DNA of 64,000 nucleotides, taken from Escherichia phage vB_EcoM_G17. The stretch is from the sequence record MK327931.1. The stretch is one strand, 5' to 3'. The notes beneath the pieces were generated by a model. That model ran no database searches. It had not been told where the DNA came from and worked only from the letters and a program-made list of their open reading frames with translations. Shown here piece by piece: positions 48,288-57,456 of this stretch (the stretch's first letter is position 1; every line of letters starts with the position of its first letter). Made by a program: the position numbers and the translations under genes.

Positions 48288-48570
48288 ATATATTTTGTCT
48301 GAACAAAGGAACTAATTGAACTAAACTCGTTTGCATAATAATATGCATATGTACATTGTCATATGCCGTTTCGTATTGGAATCGTGCAGCTTCATCTTCT
48401 ATGAAATTCGGAACTTGGACTGGATTCTCAAAATTTGTCCTTGTACTGAACTGTACATCATTGTCCTGTACCTTAATACCATATGAATTATCATTGTTAT
48501 CAACTACATCAAATTCAATTAAACTACCATCTTTACTGACGTTTACTATATAAACCGAAAATCGACTCAT
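48226..48570 (-). CDS. FQxS-family paralogue (divergent)
   Basis: 114 aa; 'EAARFQYETAY'. Confidence 0.5.
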   Translation of the reverse strand: MSRFSVYIVNVSKDGSLIEFDVVDNNDNSYGIKVQDNDVQFSTRTNFENPVQVPNFIEDEAARFQYETAYDNVHMHIIMQTSLVQLVPLFRQNIYVHEVSINGIQSSVLFGTNM

Positions 48571-49082
48571 AAACCTATTTCCTCTAAATCTTTGACAAAT
48601 GTATCATAATCCGATAATGACAAAAATATGTCTGTACTGATGTTTTGACGTAATGTATTAAACAAATTATGTACCTGTAATAAATCAGGTGCATAAATCA
48701 GGGATTGCTGGAAATACGATTCTTCTGTATCTAATATATCCCTGCACTCAATTTCACGAACTCGTTGGTATATTGAATTTAATAATACATTTTCATCTTT
48801 GAGCATTGGAAGGTATCGGATGTACATGTGCTCCATCAACTCATCCTGGATTGAACCCCTGAACTGCAACACGTATTCAAAACACATCACTACATCTTGT
48901 AGGTAATTGGCACTGTAATTATTGCTGTAAACAATCTTATGACTTCTGAACTCATCATCATTTCTGAACCAATTGTCACCTACTTTGGTGTACTTATGAC
49001 TAAGCTTCCCATCCTCCAACGCTCGAATGAACTTCATAATGTTAATTGCAAAATCATATGAATGATGCTTGTGTTGATGCAT
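48567..49082 (-). CDS. FQxS-family paralogue
   Basis: 171 aa; 'DTEESYFQQSLIY'. Confidence 0.55.
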   Translation of the reverse strand: MHQHKHHSYDFAINIMKFIRALEDGKLSHKYTKVGDNWFRNDDEFRSHKIVYSNNYSANYLQDVVMCFEYVLQFRGSIQDELMEHMYIRYLPMLKDENVLLNSIYQRVREIECRDILDTEESYFQQSLIYAPDLLQVHNLFNTLRQNISTDIFLSLSDYDTFVKDLEEIGL

Positions 49083-49090
49083 TTTTTACC

Positions 49091-49285
49091 TCAATTCTGT
49101 CCGAAAAAATAACCAAAATGTTTAAAGCAAGAAAGCATTACTATGTTCATCACTCTATCATCAAATTCATCTTGTGTTTCTGCACATAATGTTTCACAGA
49201 TATTCAAATGTAATAATTCAAGCTGGAAACTGTCGGTGAACCAATCAAACTTACGGTATTTTTGTTTAACATCAACTGTAAGCAT
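49091..49285 (-). CDS. small hypothetical protein (64 aa)
   Basis: Minus-strand ORF filling the gap between two paralogues. Confidence 0.4.
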   Translation of the reverse strand: MLTVDVKQKYRKFDWFTDSFQLELLHLNICETLCAETQDEFDDRVMNIVMLSCFKHFGYFFGQN

Positions 49286-49286
49286 A

Positions 49287-49910
49287 CTATATATCCAACC
49301 CTTTTACAACATCTACGAAATGTTCAAACACTTCTTTTGAAAAATAACCACCTTCACAAAAAAGCATACTAAACGGTGGCAGCATGTCCGATAACTCTTT
49401 AGCTAAATTGATTTCTGCTCTTAACTCTTGAACATCAATGATATCATGTACTAAAGATAATTGAAACATGAATGCATCTACATCTTCATTCATTTCTGAA
49501 TTGTAATATAACTCTTCAGGGAATTTGTCGGTTTCGTAATAATAAAAAACTTTATTGTTGAACACACCACTAATAGGAACATCATTTTCATCTTTCTTTG
49601 AAATGTTTGTTTCCCATGACTCTATATTATTAGGAACAAAAAAATCATAGGCTGATTTTGAACCCTGTACTGAATCCAACTTTATTCCATAATATTCCGT
49701 ATCCATGTATTTCTGCTGTAATGTAATACCACGTGTACTGACATTCACTTGGAATATATCATCTTTATCTGGAACACTAAATGGAATACATAACACTGAA
49801 TTCTCAGGGTATTTGGCAATGAATGCATCCAGCACTTTATTAAGCACCGGAATGGCAATTTTACTGTACTGCATCAAATCATACATTTTAATTCTGGTCA
49901 TATCATTCAC
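49287..49910 (-). CDS. FQxS-family paralogue
   Basis: 207 aa; 'VDAFMFQLSLVHD'. Confidence 0.55.
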   Translation of the reverse strand: MNDMTRIKMYDLMQYSKIAIPVLNKVLDAFIAKYPENSVLCIPFSVPDKDDIFQVNVSTRGITLQQKYMDTEYYGIKLDSVQGSKSAYDFFVPNNIESWETNISKKDENDVPISGVFNNKVFYYYETDKFPEELYYNSEMNEDVDAFMFQLSLVHDIIDVQELRAEINLAKELSDMLPPFSMLFCEGGYFSKEVFEHFVDVVKGLDI

Positions 49911-50442
49911 CTGTGTATGTTTTCACCCTTAGCGATTCAAAATCCCATACATCACTGATTGTACCATTGTGCCTGTAATCATAATATTCTACTAATACAT
50001 TATACAATAACTTCAACGATACAAATTCATGATTCCACGGAGCTTTATTGTCATGAACACATTTGGTGATATAAGGTATAATATATAAACTAAACAACAC
50101 TAATGGTGAATGTATACATTGCATTTGAAAATATTCTTCTTCTTGCATACAATGTTCAGGAATAATTAGATCATAATGTGTCTCAAATAAATGTAAACCT
50201 ATTGTGGTTTTTTTCGTATCACATGCGTACCATATTGTACTATCCGAAATAAATGGAATGATACCATTATTGTTTGCAATGTACATCATATGGTAAGAGC
50301 GATTTGTCTTGTTAAATATCTCGATACTTTCGATATTACTACAAATCATGTATTCAAGGCAATCAATGATCTTATCTTTAAATGTACCAATTTCATTGAA
50401 TGACATTGCTTTCTGTACTTTTGATACTGTTGTACTGCTCAT
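49903..50442 (-). CDS. FQxS-family paralogue
   Basis: 179 aa; 'QEEEYFQMQCIH'. Confidence 0.5.
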   Translation of the reverse strand: MSSTTVSKVQKAMSFNEIGTFKDKIIDCLEYMICSNIESIEIFNKTNRSYHMMYIANNNGIIPFISDSTIWYACDTKKTTIGLHLFETHYDLIIPEHCMQEEEYFQMQCIHSPLVLFSLYIIPYITKCVHDNKAPWNHEFVSLKLLYNVLVEYYDYRHNGTISDVWDFESLRVKTYTGE

Positions 50443-50981
50443 ATGTTCTCCTTAAAAAAATCCAAATACTCTTCATTGAAAGCATATGTATCATCTTTTA
50501 TGTTATGCACCACATAATCATAAAGAGCTATGAATGCAGGGATTATGATCTTACATGATTTATTATTGTATTTGTACTGCTCCAAATCAACGGTGTTCAA
50601 TTTAGCAATAAGCATAGCAGCAAAGATATCTTCATGGCGGTGTACTGTGCTGTACTGAAAATACTCATCCTCTCCAATATCGGGATGATATAACGGTATA
50701 ACCAAATTATTACGAATTGACATTTTATATTTTTGTAATGCAGCTAAATGCATGAACCACAATCTATCTTCATGGAAAGATGGAAAAATAATTTTGTCTG
50801 TGCTAATAAAAATTTCTTCATTTCGATTATTTGTCACAAGAGGTGCATACATTTTAATTTTTGCAGATTTAATAATTAAATTAAAAATATAATGAATCTT
50901 ATGAACTGCACTTGATGCATCTTCGTATGTACTTGGGATTATGAAACTCACTATATGTTCTCCTTTAAAATGAATACACAT
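50439..50981 (-). CDS. FQxS-family paralogue
   Basis: 180 aa; 'GEDEYFQYSTVH'. Confidence 0.55.
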   Translation of the reverse strand: MCIHFKGEHIVSFIIPSTYEDASSAVHKIHYIFNLIIKSAKIKMYAPLVTNNRNEEIFISTDKIIFPSFHEDRLWFMHLAALQKYKMSIRNNLVIPLYHPDIGEDEYFQYSTVHRHEDIFAAMLIAKLNTVDLEQYKYNNKSCKIIIPAFIALYDYVVHNIKDDTYAFNEEYLDFFKENI

Positions 50982-51011
50982 GATAACAGCTTTGGTCTTC
51001 TATGTCAATAC

Positions 51012-51056
51012 CAAAACGAAAAAAGCCCATATCTTACGATACAGGCGTTATGGGCA
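51012..51056 (-). terminator. rho-independent terminator overlapping the stop of gene 51034..51540
   Basis: Stem GCCCATA / TATGGGC (51025-51031 / 51049-51055), long loop; T-run follows on minus strand (plus 51017-51024). Confidence 0.45.
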
Positions 51057-51540
51057 TGTTGATTTGAATTTCATTGTACAAATCATCAATATATAGACAT
51101 GAAAAAAACACACTATCTTGTACTATATTGTTGTGATAAAGCATTTTAAATACTACATAAAAAAATAAATCAATATCATCGTGGACTAAATTCTGCTGGA
51201 ACCACCACTCGTCTGTTAAATCTTGTGCATTAAAATCATCAGGAACTTCAATGAACGACATATCACAATCTTCTTTGTACTCAAACCACATGTCGTCATT
51301 CGGATAACGTTCATGCTTCTCTGGGTAACAATTGCTGGGATTAAATGTTAAAATATTAAACCCCGTAGAGCAACGTTCTTTATTTAAAAATGTATTATTC
51401 CATACCTGATATTTTTCACCAACATCAAGCTCTTCTGTTACTGATTTTATTGCACATAATGTACTGTATATTGTTTCTATCTTGTGAACATATTTAAATG
51501 CAGCATCTAAGCTGAACTCTAAATCATACATGTACTGCAT
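51034..51540 (-). CDS. FQxS-family paralogue
   Basis: 168 aa; 'TDEWWFQQNLVHD'. Confidence 0.55.
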   Translation of the reverse strand: MQYMYDLEFSLDAAFKYVHKIETIYSTLCAIKSVTEELDVGEKYQVWNNTFLNKERCSTGFNILTFNPSNCYPEKHERYPNDDMWFEYKEDCDMSFIEVPDDFNAQDLTDEWWFQQNLVHDDIDLFFYVVFKMLYHNNIVQDSVFFSCLYIDDLYNEIQINMPITPVS

Positions 51541-51860
51541 AAAATTACCTCAACTAAAGCAAGAACTGTATTAAATTCAACTATACTTGTAATTCCTTGA
51601 AGGTACATGTACTTTGCTACTACATATTTCTGTACTAAATTATAATTATTAAATTCCTCAAAATTGTAATTTAGAACAAAATCTGTACTCAAAAATATCT
51701 TATGCATCTCTAATGCACTTTGATAATACGCGTACAACTCACGGATATCAATACTGGTTAAATTATATTGTTCATATCTATGATACGGGATGGCTTCAAT
51801 TTCAATACTATAAAACCATTCTCTTAACTTATTAATATCAAATGTATTATTCAGCTTCAT
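51519..51860 (-). CDS. hypothetical protein (113 aa)
   Basis: Minus-strand ORF in the array; motif not evident. Confidence 0.45.
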   Translation of the reverse strand: MKLNNTFDINKLREWFYSIEIEAIPYHRYEQYNLTSIDIRELYAYYQSALEMHKIFLSTDFVLNYNFEEFNNYNLVQKYVVAKYMYLQGITSIVEFNTVLALVEVILCSTCMI

Positions 51861-52413
51861 AACTCAATACCTCCATTAAACACTCATACACACCATCAAT
51901 CGCATAAGCACAAAAATTGAAATTAATTTTGTGATTCTTGTGTAATGGACTATTGTGTACTGTACTCATTATGACATTATAAAATAACAAACGCACTGGT
52001 ACAAGCATTGAACCTTGGAAAAATTCTTCCTCTGATTTATATGTATTGTACTCTATTGTTTTGTTCGTTTCTTTATCATATGTTACCATTACTAATGGGG
52101 AATTTTTATTATACCATGCGTACTCTAAATCATTCTTTCCAATAACAGCACCAGGTGCGAAATCCAAAAGACCAATAACACTACGGGCATTTGGTATATC
52201 TGGTGTATTGAATCGTTTATCAAAATGACTCGTGCACGCAATATATGTATTGTACTTCGATGGAATAATACCAATACATTTGTGGAAATGACGCTTGTGA
52301 TATTTCTGGGCATTATATAAGGATGCAACAATACAAGCTAACTTTTGTCCCATAAGGATTGCATTAGCGTAGGTGTACTGAATTTCATTGCTGGTACGGT
52401 ACTTCGAGGTCAT
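51847..52413 (-). CDS. FQxS-family paralogue
   Basis: 188 aa; 'SEEEFFQGSMLV'. Confidence 0.55.
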   Translation of the reverse strand: MTSKYRTSNEIQYTYANAILMGQKLACIVASLYNAQKYHKRHFHKCIGIIPSKYNTYIACTSHFDKRFNTPDIPNARSVIGLLDFAPGAVIGKNDLEYAWYNKNSPLVMVTYDKETNKTIEYNTYKSEEEFFQGSMLVPVRLLFYNVIMSTVHNSPLHKNHKINFNFCAYAIDGVYECLMEVLSYEAE

Positions 52414-52696
52414 AATATTTCCTTTGCCATATCATGGGCTTAAAATCAATAACAGCTTTCTGTATCTTTTTTAATAATAAGACATCATAACCACCCGTGT
52501 CAATCACTAATTGCTGTTGGAACAATTCTTCATCGGATAATGTATTGAAATCTACAAAATAATCTGTAACTATCGAATCATTTAAATGTGCCATGTACCA
52601 ACCTGAACTTCTTGAATAAATCAAATTCCACCCATCGTCATCATCTTCTAATTCAACATAAATCATATCTGGGGTATACATCATTTTATACTTCAT
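52385..52696 (-). CDS. FQxS-family paralogue
   Basis: 103 aa; 'LSDEELFQQQLVID'. Confidence 0.55.
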   Translation of the reverse strand: MKYKMMYTPDMIYVELEDDDDGWNLIYSRSSGWYMAHLNDSIVTDYFVDFNTLSDEELFQQQLVIDTGGYDVLLLKKIQKAVIDFKPMIWQRKYYDLEVPYQQ

Positions 52697-53234
52697 AACT
52701 ATATCCTTGCATTAATAAATCATAAACTACATGGACTAAATTTAATTGAATATAAAATTTTAAACCTTTAATTAATGAATTCAAATGCATTGTACTGAAT
52801 AACATTAGATACATCATCTCATGCGGTTTTGTGATTAATGATTTTTGAAATACGCCAGCTTCATCATAAGGGTCTATGAACTGAAATTTGTCTTCATCAT
52901 AATTTGTATTGGAATGCTGATATATAAAATAATCATCATTGGTATTGTACCACAAATATCCTTCGAATCCTGTACTAACATCTTTGGTCAATGGGGATGC
53001 TGATACTGGATTTGAACTGATTAATGCACCTACATCAACAATCCCCGTTGTATCATATTCGATTTCAACATCAATATCAATGTATTTCCTTGCGATATCT
53101 GCGTTTATGGACAAATATAAACTACCACCTGTCCTCTGACTCAGGATTCCATCTATATGCGATATAGGATGGTTGTTATTGAGGATAAGCATTATTGTAC
53201 TTATCTTGTGTGCTAATAACTCTATCTCATTCAT
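52686..53234 (-). CDS. FQxS-family paralogue
   Basis: 182 aa; 'DEAGVFQKSLIT'. Confidence 0.5.
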   Translation of the reverse strand: MNEIELLAHKISTIMLILNNNHPISHIDGILSQRTGGSLYLSINADIARKYIDIDVEIEYDTTGIVDVGALISSNPVSASPLTKDVSTGFEGYLWYNTNDDYFIYQHSNTNYDEDKFQFIDPYDEAGVFQKSLITKPHEMMYLMLFSTMHLNSLIKGLKFYIQLNLVHVVYDLLMQGYSYEV

Positions 53235-53434
53235 AATTTACCTATCGATGGATACCTAGGATTTGTAGGATGTAAAATCCTGTCCTGTACTGAAAGGTGC
53301 TCAAATGTAATTAAACTCAAATAATAATCGTAATTATCAATACCACCCTTCAAATGTATATTGTAATACATCTTAATACTATCTAATAATGAATCCTGTA
53401 ATGCATTTAATGTTATCGTATTAATCTTTTGCAT
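53231..53434 (-). CDS. small hypothetical protein (67 aa)
   Basis: Minus-strand ORF. Confidence 0.4.
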   Translation of the reverse strand: MQKINTITLNALQDSLLDSIKMYYNIHLKGGIDNYDYYLSLITFEHLSVQDRILHPTNPRYPSIGKL

Positions 53435-53582
53435 TAATGTTCTTCTCTTAAAAATCGTTTGATAGCATAATCTAAATAAAATTCATAACACATGCTATCT
53501 CTGTTCTTTATCCATATTTTGTAATCGGATTTTATATTACGCAACAAATAATTTGTATTAATTGTGTAATAATCTAATCGCC

Positions 53583-53975
53583 CTAATCTTTCCATTTAAT
53601 AGGATACTCCTTTCCTTGTACTATATATGACAAAATCCATCCGTAATGAATAGGATGATTTTTGTCTGAATCAGGAATAAAATATAAAGCTGTACTTGGA
53701 TTATGACTGAATAAATCTTTATTGTCAAATGTAAAATGTGATAATATAATTTTCCTTGCACTTGGACGAATAACATTCTTAACACTGAACTCTGAACCTT
53801 TGTATTTCTCCGATAATTCAAATAATGCATCTGTAATTAAATCACTGATCTCTTGGATTACAAAATTCTGATAAAATGCATTAATCTCTTTTAACTCTGT
53901 ATACAATTCACTTCTGGTATTCAAAAGAAATATTACTTTTTTAAGATCCTGAACTATTTCTGGATTCATATTCAT
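53583..53975 (-). CDS. hypothetical protein (130 aa)
   Basis: Minus-strand ORF. Confidence 0.45.
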   Translation of the reverse strand: MNMNPEIVQDLKKVIFLLNTRSELYTELKEINAFYQNFVIQEISDLITDALFELSEKYKGSEFSVKNVIRPSARKIILSHFTFDNKDLFSHNPSTALYFIPDSDKNHPIHYGWILSYIVQGKEYPIKWKD

Positions 53976-54207
53976 TTATCTCATTCTGTAACTTAAGCAT
54001 CAAAATTTGCATATTAATTTTTTGTAAAAGGTGCTTGATAAATTTCTGTGCCATTTCTTCTTGTTCTTTTGTACCAAGATAAAATAACAGATTAAATTCT
54101 GATAATCGCAAAGAAAAATCTTCATCACCACCCTTTAAACAAAAATCCCTGTACTTTGTAGCGTACAAATATTGGTTTACCTTTTTATAATACCCTGTGT
54201 TTTGCAT
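53941..54207 (-). CDS. LGTNYQE-family small protein
   Basis: 88 aa; 'FYLGTKEQEE'. Confidence 0.5.
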   Translation of the reverse strand: MQNTGYYKKVNQYLYATKYRDFCLKGGDEDFSLRLSEFNLLFYLGTKEQEEMAQKFIKHLLQKINMQILMLKLQNEINEYESRNSSGS

Positions 54208-54395
54208 ACTATCTCCGTTCGCAACGAATTTATATAATAATGAACAAATTGTTCTTGTGAACGTGTTCCAAGAAAAATAAACATATCAAACTCTGTTGTT
54301 TTTAAATTCAATGCATCTTTTGTAAAATTCCTGTTGAATTCCCTGTACTTTTGGGTCTTCCATTCTTGATTAATTGTCTTGTATATCGATTTCAA
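54177..54395 (-). CDS. LGTNYQE-family small protein
   Basis: 72 aa; 'IFLGTRSQEQ'. Confidence 0.5.
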   Translation of the reverse strand: MKSIYKTINQEWKTQKYREFNRNFTKDALNLKTTEFDMFIFLGTRSQEQFVHYYINSLRTEIVCKTQGIIKR

Positions 54396-54696
54396 TGATT
54401 CTCCCTGATGTACCTTGTATTAGCTTATCATACATATCGAGCATCACTTTTTGAATACTAATTAGTACTGGCATCGTGCAAATATCAATGTCGTATACTA
54501 AGCTGTACTGGAATAATTCATCTTCCTGCATTTGTACTAAATTAGGTAAAGGATAATTGTCTGCCTCTTCATCCTGGTACTTGAAATGCATAACACCATC
54601 CTTTTTGTACAAAAGAATGTCAATATCACCTAACTCATCAGCATAACCAAAAATACATATACTCGATGTTTTTGCTATATTAAATTTCATCTCCAC
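54370..54696 (-). CDS. FQxS-family paralogue
   Basis: 108 aa; 'MQEDELFQYSLVYD'. Confidence 0.55.
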   Translation of the reverse strand: MEMKFNIAKTSSICIFGYADELGDIDILLYKKDGVMHFKYQDEEADNYPLPNLVQMQEDELFQYSLVYDIDICTMPVLISIQKVMLDMYDKLIQGTSGRIIEIDIQDN

Positions 54697-54932
54697 CTCT
54701 CTCCGTCAGCACAAGAGTACTGGTACGTTGTCGTTAGGGTAGGGACCATGTTTGTAATGGGCATATTATTAACAATAACGGTAACAGGCATAAGAATCGT
54801 CTCTACTCTACTCTGTCCTGTCCTTGTACAATTCATCTTCTGCATTTCATCTGAATCCATGAAATACAATACAAATGGTGCAATCCCAAGAACAATACAC
54901 AAGACGATAAGGAAATTTAAAAAATTTAACAT
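54687..54932 (-). CDS. small membrane protein
   Basis: 81 aa; N-terminal hydrophobic helix 'FLNFLIVLCIVLGIAPFVLYF'. Confidence 0.45.
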   Translation of the reverse strand: MLNFLNFLIVLCIVLGIAPFVLYFMDSDEMQKMNCTRTGQSRVETILMPVTVIVNNMPITNMVPTLTTTYQYSCADGERWR

Positions 54933-54991
54933 AATTTTTACCCTATGATTAACGTTAGTGTACTATATCAGTAATGAAAAGTACTGTCAAG

Positions 54992-55396
54992 CTAGTATTG
55001 CACTGTTCTAATGAAAGTACCTTTACTCATGGATTTAAGCTTATGAACCTCTTCCTGCATACCCTTAATTAACCCTAAAGGTATAGGTAAATCATGTACT
55101 AAGCTGTACTGAAAGTATTCTTCTTCAGATAAAGTACTAACATCTGGAACGCCAATTTTAGTTATATAATCTTGATGTGTTGACCAATAAATTATATCTT
55201 CAGTACTATTGTACTCCCCATATACTGAACAATATTGATGAATATCTTTCCTGTACCCTTGAGCAATAAAGAACTTATCTAATGCATTACCAGCATTAAT
55301 AGAATTTACTTCGATTGTCACAGTACTTGAGCTTGTATAACTCTTAATATTATCAGTACTCTTAATACTCAACGATGTGTTCTTCATAATCACCAT
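54992..55396 (-). CDS. FQxS-family paralogue
   Basis: 134 aa; 'LSEEEYFQYSLVHD'. Confidence 0.55.
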   Translation of the reverse strand: MVIMKNTSLSIKSTDNIKSYTSSSTVTIEVNSINAGNALDKFFIAQGYRKDIHQYCSVYGEYNSTEDIIYWSTHQDYITKIGVPDVSTLSEEEYFQYSLVHDLPIPLGLIKGMQEEVHKLKSMSKGTFIRTVQY

Positions 55397-55706
55397 TAGG
55401 CTCCTGTTTAGATTCTTTCATTAGTACTATCATCTTATGTACTAATGGCATAGGGAACTCTAAATCCCATACTAATGATTCCTGGAAGTATTCCTCTGGT
55501 GATAAAGTACTTAAATCTTTAATATCAACGTGCTTGTATATTTTATTTTCGTAATTAACAAATGATATATATAAATCACTAACATAAGAATCATAGGTAA
55601 TTGTGAATGGCTTACCCTTGTAATCCATTACATCTCTACATAGACTACTTTTGATATATGTATGTTCAAATGATTTATATACCTTGAGTTGTATATTAGT
55701 TTTCAT
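55362..55706 (-). CDS. FQxS-family paralogue
   Basis: 114 aa; 'LSPEEYFQESLVWD'. Confidence 0.55.
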   Translation of the reverse strand: MKTNIQLKVYKSFEHTYIKSSLCRDVMDYKGKPFTITYDSYVSDLYISFVNYENKIYKHVDIKDLSTLSPEEYFQESLVWDLEFPMPLVHKMIVLMKESKQEPNGDYEEHIVEY

Positions 55707-55971
55707 ATTTCTCTTTATTAGCTTGTTTGGTTTTATAGTGAATTAAATCTATTAATGTAATCAAGTACAACGTCAAATAGTACTCTTGTTGATCTGTACC
55801 TAATGATACAAAGAACTTGTGCTCATAGATTAAAACCTGTTTCTCTTCAAATGGACATTTAATCCTCTGTATAGGCTTAAGTAAATGATAGTACTTATTA
55901 AATCTATGATACATTTCTAGTTCTGTCAGTACTTTCATATTAAACACATACTCCATTAGCTGTAGCATCAC
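55696..55971 (-). CDS. LGTNYQE-family small protein
   Basis: 91 aa; 'FVSLGTDQQEY'. Confidence 0.5.
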   Translation of the reverse strand: MMLQLMEYVFNMKVLTELEMYHRFNKYYHLLKPIQRIKCPFEEKQVLIYEHKFFVSLGTDQQEYYLTLYLITLIDLIHYKTKQANKEKYEN

Positions 55972-56161
55972 GTAAAGCTGTCAAATACTTCTGTACGGCT
56001 TGCTCTTGCTTATTTGTACCTAAAAGTATATACATCCATAATTCACTGTAATGTACATCTTGTGTATAAGGGTCATTGTAACTTTTTGATAATATAGCAT
56101 CAAATTCAGATGCATGAACCCTTGTGAACTTAAGAATATCTTGTTGTGTTATGATTCTCAT
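55940..56161 (-). CDS. LGTNYQE-family small protein
   Basis: 73 aa; 'ILLGTNKQEQ'. Confidence 0.55.
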   Translation of the reverse strand: MRIITQQDILKFTRVHASEFDAILSKSYNDPYTQDVHYSELWMYILLGTNKQEQAVQKYLTALRDATANGVCV

Positions 56162-56373
56162 ATCTTTTCCTGTACAATCTGTATAAGAATACCTATGTGT
56201 GAATTAACAGTTCTCTCTTGATGCTGTGTTCCTAAGAGTGTCAGTACTATCATATCTGAACGCAAAAGATTTTTTTCAAGTTCACTTATATCAGTTCTTG
56301 AATCAAGTGCCATATATTTGTGATTATTCTTCCTGAATAGTGCCAAGTACTCTTGGTTTGATATTATCTTCAT
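56158..56373 (-). CDS. LGTNYQE-family small protein
   Basis: 71 aa; 'TLLGTQHQER'. Confidence 0.55.
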   Translation of the reverse strand: MKIISNQEYLALFRKNNHKYMALDSRTDISELEKNLLRSDMIVLTLLGTQHQERTVNSHIGILIQIVQEKI

Positions 56374-56585
56374 AGTTTACTTTTAATTTCCATTAAAAGT
56401 GCTCTAATATGCTCATTGACAAATCGCTCTTGGGAATCTGTGTCTAGGGTGAGAAGCATTCTTAAATCGGAACCTCTGATGGTATATTCTAAATCATTCT
56501 TTGATTCTCGCATAAGTTTCTGAAAGGATGAGAAGTGTAATCCCATGAGTTCAATGTATTCTGCTGTTCCTAGTGGTTTTGGCAT
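56370..56585 (-). CDS. LGTNYQE-family small protein
   Basis: 71 aa; 'LTLDTDSQER'. Confidence 0.5.
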   Translation of the reverse strand: MPKPLGTAEYIELMGLHFSSFQKLMRESKNDLEYTIRGSDLRMLLTLDTDSQERFVNEHIRALLMEIKSKL

Positions 56586-56803
56586 TTTAGTTCAATAGCT
56601 CGTTTAAGTGTATTAATATAATCTTTAATGTCGTGTTCTTGATAGTTCGTTCCAAGGGTAGCTAGAACATAGACTTCATTTCTCTTAATAATTTTATCCA
56701 TATCTGGTATATCTGATGTGTTAATGACGAAGAGCTTCAAAAACAGTCCATTTATGATTGTTAGGTATTCTACATCGGTAATGATTTTCATTTGCATTTG
56801 CAT
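56570..56803 (-). CDS. LGTNYQE-family small protein
   Basis: 77 aa; 'ATLGTNYQEH'. Confidence 0.55.
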   Translation of the reverse strand: MQMQMKIITDVEYLTIINGLFLKLFVINTSDIPDMDKIIKRNEVYVLATLGTNYQEHDIKDYINTLKRAIELKCQNH

Positions 56804-57009
56804 TTTCTCAGTACTGATTCTTTAAGTTCATTGATGTAGCACTCTACATATTCTTCTTGTAGGTTTGTTCCGATATGTAACAGTACTCTTAAATCTGCTC
56901 TCAGTACTTCTTTGTCATCTTCATCTATATCAGACAGTGTTATGTTTAAGAATTTACTTGAACTCTCTATAAGTAATATTACTGAATCACCTTTGCTTAA
57001 AATTTTCAT
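56788..57009 (-). CDS. LGTNYQE-family small protein
   Basis: 73 aa; 'LHIGTNLQEE'. Confidence 0.55.
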   Translation of the reverse strand: MKILSKGDSVILLIESSSKFLNITLSDIDEDDKEVLRADLRVLLHIGTNLQEEYVECYINELKESVLRKCKCK

Positions 57010-57217
57010 AATCTCTTTTTGCTTTCCTCGCCAAAAGGTACATATACGATTCTTCGTATTGTGCTTGGTAGTTTGTGTTTAAGAGTCGAAACAACTTCTG
57101 TTCTGCTAGAACTAGTTGCTTATCTTCATAACAACGGTAGCGTATCAACTTTTTGTATTCGATGTTGATTACATCCATTACTATAAGCCCATGTTCATCA
57201 TCTGTCAAGTGTTTCAT
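56987..57217 (-). CDS. LGTNYQE-family small protein
   Basis: 76 aa; 'RLLNTNYQAQ'. Confidence 0.5.
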   Translation of the reverse strand: MKHLTDDEHGLIVMDVINIEYKKLIRYRCYEDKQLVLAEQKLFRLLNTNYQAQYEESYMYLLARKAKRDYENFKQR

Positions 57218-57456
57218 GCATTTTTTCTTTTTCTTATATGTTTAGTTAAAAGGTATATTAGTTTTCTGATGTATTCTTCTTGATAGTTTGTTCCTAAGAG
57301 TGCAAGAAGTTTTGCTTCAACTAAAGCTAGTTGTCGTTCTTCGAATGTGTGTTCCAGTATGTACTTGGGGTTTGATTTTTTAGCGTAAGCACTATTAGTC
57401 TTCATTACAATCTTATGATATTCATTAGCTGTTAGGATTTTTAAATACTTGATCAT
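57214..57456 (-). CDS. LGTNYQE-family small protein
   Basis: 80 aa; 'ALLGTNYQEE'. Confidence 0.55.
   Translation of the reverse strand: MIKYLKILTANEYHKIVMKTNSAYAKKSNPKYILEHTFEERQLALVEAKLLALLGTNYQEEYIRKLIYLLTKHIRKRKNA

Noticed and set aside
2660-53830. Minus-strand ORFs nested inside longer minus-strand genes in another frame (2660..2878, 3552..3761, 4889..5092, 11477..11731, 11759..11962, 14943..15212, 21999..22193, 24761..24952, 25794..26009, 30617..30805, 33420..33608, 36120..36401, 37429..37635, 43459..43650, 43893..44138, 44252..44467, 52125..52331, 53621..53830).
   Set aside because: Fully or largely contained within recognised enzymes or family members; the outer ORF has the motif support.
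27008-55706. That the paralogue arrays are mobile elements or contain integrase/transposase genes.
   Set aside because: No recombinase, transposase or homing-endonuclease motifs (GIY-YIG, HNH, DDE, tyrosine or serine recombinase) were recognised in any ORF, and no terminal inverted repeats were seen.
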